A stretch of DNA of 11,163 nucleotides. It comes from Candidatus Hodarchaeota archaeon (GTDB lineage Archaea; Asgardarchaeota; Heimdallarchaeia; Hodarchaeales; Hodarchaeaceae). The translations under genes and the position numbers were made by a program. The stretch is from the NCBI GenBank assembly GCA_016840035.1, contig JAEOTC010000170.1, positions 1 to 11,163 of the forward strand. The letters are read 5' to 3'. Positions 6,731 through 11,163 of the stretch are shown piece after piece. The notes under the pieces were generated by a model, which saw only the letters and a program-made list of their open reading frames with translations, made no database searches and was not told where the DNA came from. Position 1 is the first letter of the stretch. Every line of letters begins with the position of its first letter.

Positions 6731-8172
6731 ATCAGTTTTTTTAATTGTCCAATGACTCCTGCTCGCATATAGTACCAATAAATTCGTCGTTTGTACTTAT
6801 TTCGTGCAAAAATGCCTGAAAAACGTCTTTTCCAACTATCGAAAACATGTCTATAAGCAAGGTAGAGTTCTTCTTGTAATTCTCTTGCTGTGAGATATTT
6901 CATATCACAAACTCCATGAATCATATCATACTTTGTCCAATTAAAATCTACAATTCGATTTTTCTGCTTTAAATCATCATACATTGGAGTTCCTGGATAA
7001 GGTGTTAATAACATGGTTATAATTAAATCAGGTTTGACAATATCGGTTCCCCATCTCATAGTCTCTTGTATCGTTTCACGTGTTTCCTCTTCATGCCCTA
7101 GCACAAGCATTAATTGAGCAAGGATATTATTTTTTTTCAAAAGACGAATAGCTTCAACCGTTTGAGTACCTTCAATCCCTTTCTTGTAGATATCTAATAC
7201 TTCAGTGAAAGGTGATTCTGCTCCTACTAATTGCCAATAATTCCCTGCTTTATTCATTTTAGCTAGTCCTTCGTCTCCCACACTGAGAATACTATCGACT
7301 CGCATTTGAGCAAACCATTCACTGGTTTCTCCTGTTATCCCACGTGAGTACATCTCATCACAAAGGGTTGAAATTAATTTTGGGGATCCGTTACAAAAAT
7401 TATCATCGGCAAACCAGAAGAATCGTCTTCCAAGTTTGTCGTACATCCATTCCATCTCATCAGCGATTCGTTGAACAGATTTTGTGGCAAAATGACGACG
7501 ATAGAAGACTTGTTGAGAACAAAAGGAGCAATTATGGGTACAACCTCTTGCTCCTTCCAAAATAACATAAGGATTATTTGACATCATAGCAAAATGATAT
7601 TTCTCGAGCGGAACAAGATGATAAGCTGGATATGGAAGAGCATCAAGCTCTTCTCCAGTAAGGGGGGGATGATCCTCAGTACGATAAAACTTCTGATTAT
7701 TAACAAAGGATACTCCCTTAATATTTTTTAATCCTTCTTTTGGGAACCCATGATTCTGAATATATGTTAAAACTTCAACTAATGCCTTTTCTCCCTCATA
7801 TCGTACAATGAGATCTATATTGGGATATTCTGTAAGAGATTCTTCATCCATCATTGTGAAATGTGCCCCTCCCGCGATTGTGACGGTTTCAGGATTGATT
7901 CTTTTTACTAAATCTAAAATTCGAACAGTTTTATAGACATTACAGGTGGCATGGCTTCCAGAACCCACTGCATCGGGTTTCTCACGTTTTATTACTTCTT
8001 CTAAATCAAACCAATCAAGATTCTCAGCTTGTGAATCAATTACTTTAACAGACATATCTGGTAATTGTTGTTCAATAACAGCTGCTAGAAGTAGGTAATT
8101 ATACGGTGGGGGGAGATATTCTCCCATTACAAACCAAAATTTCTTTGGTGGTTCAATTAGAAGGACTTTCAT
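6724..8172 (-). CDS. Cobalamin-binding radical SAM protein (class B / BchE-like superfamily)
   Basis: N-terminal B12-binding domain (MKVLLIEPP, PPPY..LLLAA, IAGGAHFT, VRYEGE), CxxxCxxC motif RGCTHNCSFC, FADDNF, VGAES and TPYPGTPMY. ATG 8172 is preferred over the TTG at 8184 because MKVLLIEPP is a typical N-terminus for this family. Confidence 0.9.
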   Translation of the reverse strand: MKVLLIEPPKKFWFVMGEYLPPPYNYLLLAAVIEQQLPDMSVKVIDSQAENLDWFDLEEVIKREKPDAVGSGSHATCNVYKTVRILDLVKRINPETVTIAGGAHFTMMDEESLTEYPNIDLIVRYEGEKALVEVLTYIQNHGFPKEGLKNIKGVSFVNNQKFYRTEDHPPLTGEELDALPYPAYHLVPLEKYHFAMMSNNPYVILEGARGCTHNCSFCSQQVFYRRHFATKSVQRIADEMEWMYDKLGRRFFWFADDNFCNGSPKLISTLCDEMYSRGITGETSEWFAQMRVDSILSVGDEGLAKMNKAGNYWQLVGAESPFTEVLDIYKKGIEGTQTVEAIRLLKKNNILAQLMLVLGHEEETRETIQETMRWGTDIVKPDLIITMLLTPYPGTPMYDDLKQKNRIVDFNWTKYDMIHGVCDMKYLTARELQEELYLAYRHVFDSWKRRFSGIFARNKYKRRIYWYYMRAGVIGQLKKLIP

Positions 8173-8373
8173 TTTATCTACCAAAGTTATTTCATAGATA
8201 ATATTGCTAGAATTAGGTTAGTAAAAGCTTAGATTAATCTTATTAAAAACCCAGGGGTAATTAGACTTTTATCAGTAGATATCTAAGGCAAAAAATTGTA
8301 ACTTAATACCGCAAATTCAAACAGTAGCAGGTAGAAGCGGGATAACAAAATTACTACAAAGATAAGTGATATT

Positions 8374-8871
8374 ATGGTTCAGAAATCAATGGTAGCAGTT
8401 TATCCTATCAGGTATAAAGACGGTAATTTAGAGTTTCTTTTAATAAAAAGGGCTACATTGAGCTATAATTGGCAATGTGTAACTGGTTCAGTGGGGAAAA
8501 CAATGGACGCTCTTGATCACCCCGAAGGAGAAAGTCCGCTTGAGTGTGCTAATAGAGAACTTTTTGAAGAAACTGGATACACTCCTGCGATTACACTCCC
8601 ACTTGATATTTCTCAGGAATTTTATTCAGAAAGTGCAGAAGATGAAGGTGATGCATCCCCTCCTCATCTTCAAGAGCTGATAAAAGAGATTCAGTTCCAT
8701 AATTTCATAGCTCGTATAGATCAACGTCTGGATCCAGTGTTGAATCCAGCTGAACACACAGATTGGAAATGGTGTAACTTTGAAATAGCGTATAAACTAA
8801 TTAAATGGCGTGTGGAAAAAAAATTGTTAAGATACGTTAATAACTACCTTATTAATAACCCGTTAAAATAG
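8374..8871 (+). CDS. Nudix hydrolase, NudB/dihydroneopterin triphosphate diphosphatase-like
   Basis: EFLLIKR, WQCVTGSV, GESPLECANRELFEETGY and LNPAEHTDWKW. Confidence 0.85.
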   Translation: MVQKSMVAVYPIRYKDGNLEFLLIKRATLSYNWQCVTGSVGKTMDALDHPEGESPLECANRELFEETGYTPAITLPLDISQEFYSESAEDEGDASPPHLQELIKEIQFHNFIARIDQRLDPVLNPAEHTDWKWCNFEIAYKLIKWRVEKKLLRYVNNYLINNPLK

Positions 8872-9007
8872 TAGGAAATTCAAGAAGAATTTAGCTATCT
8901 CAATAATGGAATAATTTTCTTAATAGAATTCAGAGAGTCCATTCCTTTTTCCCTTTCTCCAACCTGTCAGAAAAACAAGATAAAATCATCCGTAATTAAT
9001 TATTGAA

Positions 9008-9586
9008 CTAATCATCATTGGCCTTAATAGTATTCCATGCGATCTCGCAGGCTTCCGTAATATGATTCTCATCCATGTTAATCACCCCTTCAAAATGGAA
9101 GTTTAGTAAAGTGATGATTGGGAAAAAAGCGAAAGCTGTTAGAAGTGAAATTGAATGATCTTTGATACTATGTTCTTTTATACCACGCTGGAAAAGATTT
9201 GTGACATAATTATACAATTCAAAATCATTATGTTTGATATTTTCCATCATTGGGGTCTGTTCGAATTTTTCACGGTAAATGAGGTAATCAGGGTGGTCAA
9301 GATTATATGAGAAGGAATTTAGCCAGATAGCTTTGAAAGCTTGTTCAATATCCATCCTTTCATGAATCCCTTGTAATGCACCATTACTCATGTCAGTTCT
9401 TACTTTTGTATATAGCTTAGTGAAGAGGTCTTCTCTGTTTTTGAAATGTATGTAAATTGTAGCTGGAGAGATGTTAGCTTGTTTAGCAATCTTGGAGATT
9501 GAGATATCAGTAAATCCTAACTCTTTTACCAGTTTAAGTGAAGTATTGATAATGGCATTATATTTGGTTTGATCTTTGGGTCTCAT
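9008..9586 (-). CDS. TetR/AcrR family transcriptional regulator
   Basis: N-terminal HTH GFTDISISKIAKQANISPATIYIHFKNREDL; AAGGAG SD at 9605-9600. Confidence 0.93.
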   Translation of the reverse strand: MRPKDQTKYNAIINTSLKLVKELGFTDISISKIAKQANISPATIYIHFKNREDLFTKLYTKVRTDMSNGALQGIHERMDIEQAFKAIWLNSFSYNLDHPDYLIYREKFEQTPMMENIKHNDFELYNYVTNLFQRGIKEHSIKDHSISLLTAFAFFPIITLLNFHFEGVINMDENHITEACEIAWNTIKANDD

Positions 9587-9637
9587 TTTACGCGAAAATC
9601 TCCTTTAAGTTAAATTCATGAGGATTAGACAGGAACA

Positions 9638-9649
9638 TAATATATATAA
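9638..9649. promoter_or_regulatory. TATA-like element between divergent tetR and membrane-protein genes, possibly bidirectional
   Basis: TAATATATATAA contains a symmetric TATATATA core lying about 45-55 nt from both start codons. Confidence 0.5.
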
Positions 9650-9668
9650 GTGAACGTTCATTCACTTA
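9647..9668. promoter_or_regulatory. TetR operator 1 (palindrome TAAGTGAA-N6-TTCACTTA)
   Basis: Perfect 8-bp arms abutting the TATA element. Confidence 0.75.
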
Positions 9669-9685
9669 AAAACGAATCGATGGGG

Positions 9686-9707
9686 TGAATGAATGATCAT
9701 TCACTTA
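9686..9707. promoter_or_regulatory. TetR operator 2 (TGAATGAATGATCATTCACTTA)
   Basis: 18/22 identical to operator 1; contains the perfect 14-bp palindrome TGAATGATCATTCA (9690-9703) and overlaps the SD and ATG 9693. Confidence 0.75.
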
Positions 9708-10310
9708 AAACAGATGAAAAAAATGTCTGAAAAAATCAATAATGAAAGTTTAAAACACTCAGGAAAATCTCTGATGAAACGTCTGATTCTAATTAGCCTA
9801 CCAGTGTTGTTGATCGCATCTACTCTCGTGATATTTTTAATACAATTATCTGGATATCCTGGTACAATGGATGATACTCAACTTGGATTTAGTGCTGAAA
9901 CAATCAAAGCACATTTTACCATGACAGATATATCATTCTTTATTCTAGCAAATCTCGTTGATTATGCATTCATGATTGCGTATGGTTGCTTTTTCTATAG
10001 TTGTGCACGATATCTTGCATGGGATTATCAACAAGGAAGTTTACTTCAGAAAGGAGGTAGGATGTTTGCACACATTGGAGCGTTAAGTGCTATCTGTGAT
10101 GCAGTAGAAAATATATTCCTTCTTTCAATGACAGCTGATCCAGTGGGCTTTCCCAGCTGGCTTGCTATAGCACATTCGACATTCGCACTTCTTAAATTCA
10201 TTCTTATGTATTTGACGGTTGGTTGGTTAATTCTCTCCTTCGTTTTAAACAAGATTCCCTTAACAACAAGGAGAATAAACCGCAATGTTCCAACAGATCT
10301 TGTGAAATGA
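9693..10310 (+). CDS. Uncharacterised integral membrane protein (about 4 TM, conserved-looking D..F...Y and D.xEN motifs)
   Basis: Hydrophobic helices with VDYAFMIAYG and ICDAVENIFLL. A GGGGTGA SD at 9682-9688 supports ATG 9693; ATG 9714 and ATG 9723 are alternative starts. Confidence 0.75.
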   Translation: MIIHLKQMKKMSEKINNESLKHSGKSLMKRLILISLPVLLIASTLVIFLIQLSGYPGTMDDTQLGFSAETIKAHFTMTDISFFILANLVDYAFMIAYGCFFYSCARYLAWDYQQGSLLQKGGRMFAHIGALSAICDAVENIFLLSMTADPVGFPSWLAIAHSTFALLKFILMYLTVGWLILSFVLNKIPLTTRRINRNVPTDLVK

Positions 10311-10348
10311 TAGAAAAACTGAAATTCAATAGAAATTAGTGAATAGTG

Positions 10349-11023
10349 ATGAATACCTATACAATTACATTTAGAGGTGTAAATTGCTACCTTATAAAAA
10401 CCGAAACTGGGTATATCTTGGTTGACACTGGATTTTCTAATCAACGTTGCAATGTTGAAAATGCCCTTGAAGGTGCAGGGGTCCAACCAGGGAACTTAAC
10501 GCTAATTTTATTAACTCACGGAGATTTTGACCATACAGGTAATGCTAAATATCTTCGTGAAAAATATCAAAGTAAAATAGCGATGCATAGAGACGATTCA
10601 GGAATGGTTGAACATGGAAATCTCTTCTATTCCAGAAAAAGGGGTAATAGAGTTCTAAGAAAACTGGTTAAACTGATGTTAATCCCCTTAAGGATGAATT
10701 TGAAGAAAATCGATCAATTTACCCCAGATATATATCTCGAAGAAGGAGATGATCTTTCTGAGTATGGTTTTAGTGCCAAAGTTGTTCATACCTCTGGACA
10801 CTCCAAGGGGTCTATTGGATTCCTTACAACAGAGGGTGACCTATATATCGGCGATTTACTCGAAAATAACAAGAAACGAGGACCAATTAAGAGCTCTCGG
10901 ATTGATGATTCAATAGTTTTTGATGCTAGTATCGATAAACTGATGAAATGTTCGGTGAATACTATTTATCCTGGTCATGGTATCCCTTTCCAAATGGAAG
11001 AATTCAAGAAAAACTACCCTTAA
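10349..11023 (+). CDS. Metallo-beta-lactamase fold hydrolase (glyoxalase II-like superfamily)
   Basis: NCYLI, LVDTG, THGDFDHTG, HTSGHSKGS, IGD and YPGHG. The start is ATG 10349 or GTG 10346. Confidence 0.9.
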   Translation: MNTYTITFRGVNCYLIKTETGYILVDTGFSNQRCNVENALEGAGVQPGNLTLILLTHGDFDHTGNAKYLREKYQSKIAMHRDDSGMVEHGNLFYSRKRGNRVLRKLVKLMLIPLRMNLKKIDQFTPDIYLEEGDDLSEYGFSAKVVHTSGHSKGSIGFLTTEGDLYIGDLLENNKKRGPIKSSRIDDSIVFDASIDKLMKCSVNTIYPGHGIPFQMEEFKKNYP

Positions 11024-11044
11024 TTCGATATAATAAAACACAGA

Positions 11045-11163
11045 TTAATCCTTTCCCTTCCAGAATTTTGGGATAAGGGCACCAGTCTGATTCCGATATT
11101 GAAGGTATTCCTCACCGAAACGTTTCATTAAGTCCTTTTCCTCAAAATAGATATAGAATGGTA
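11045..11163 (-). CDS. C-terminal fragment of an ICMT/PEMT-family membrane methyltransferase (runs off the right edge)
   Basis: The minus frame reads ...PFYIYFEEKDLMKRFGEEYLQYRNQTGALIPKFWKGKD*, matching the EE..L..RFG.EY..Y...T..LIP signature. Not in the ORF track. Confidence 0.8.
   Translation of the reverse strand, partial: PFYIYFEEKDLMKRFGEEYLQYRNQTGALIPKFWKGKD

Noticed and set aside
7344-7568. ORFs 7344-7565(+) and 7374-7568(-)
   Set aside because: They are internal to the radical SAM gene and have no independent support.
6724-8172. Calling the radical SAM gene bchE, grsA or hpnP
   Set aside because: Only superfamily motifs are visible, there is no photosynthesis or hopanoid context, and orthology needs a tree.
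8872-9007. Convergent intergenic gap as an ncRNA
   Set aside because: Only AT-rich sequence and a pyrimidine tract (about 8941-8960) compatible with termination are present, with no stable structure seen.
9647-9710. Repeat pair as a mini-CRISPR or transposon end
   Set aside because: There are only two copies with a 17-bp gap and no cas or transposase gene; the position fits TetR operators.
10046-10486. 146-aa minus-strand ORF
   Set aside because: It is antisense to two supported genes and has no recognisable domain.
10349-11023. Antibiotic-resistance metallo-beta-lactamase
   Set aside because: There is no signal peptide and the motifs fit generic cytoplasmic MBL-fold hydrolases.

Overview
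AT-rich, gene-dense window that reads as archaeal: there are BRE/TATA-like boxes about 22-25 nt upstream of a probably leaderless ATG, GGTGA and AGGAG(G) Shine-Dalgarno sites, and pyrimidine-rich gene ends. The gene mix is compatible with an Asgard (Heimdall/Hod-like) or Bathyarchaeia genome, but that assignment is inference only. Gene order: (1) a large secreted zincin metalloprotease-vWA protein on the minus strand, missed by the ORF track and running off the left edge; (2) an Acyl_transf_3/OpgC-like acyltransferase; (3) a PEMT-family methyltransferase resembling eukaryotic Opi3/PEMT, coupled to ribokinase; (4) a DUF116-like protein lacking its central Cys cluster; (5) two tandem paralogous zinc-ribbon/LCFG/2-TM proteins, the second carrying four 11-residue amphipathic repeats; (6) a B12-binding radical SAM enzyme; (7) a NudB-like Nudix hydrolase with an insertion in the Nudix box; (8) a divergent TetR module with two visible operators, a membrane protein and an MBL-fold hydrolase; (9) the 3' end of an ICMT/PEMT-family gene at the right edge. 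I saw no rRNA, tRNA, CRISPR array or mobile element. The best candidates for novel biology are the zinc-ribbon/11-mer membrane pair, the Opi3-like methyltransferase and the protease-vWA protein. All family assignments come from motif recognition by eye, not database searches.
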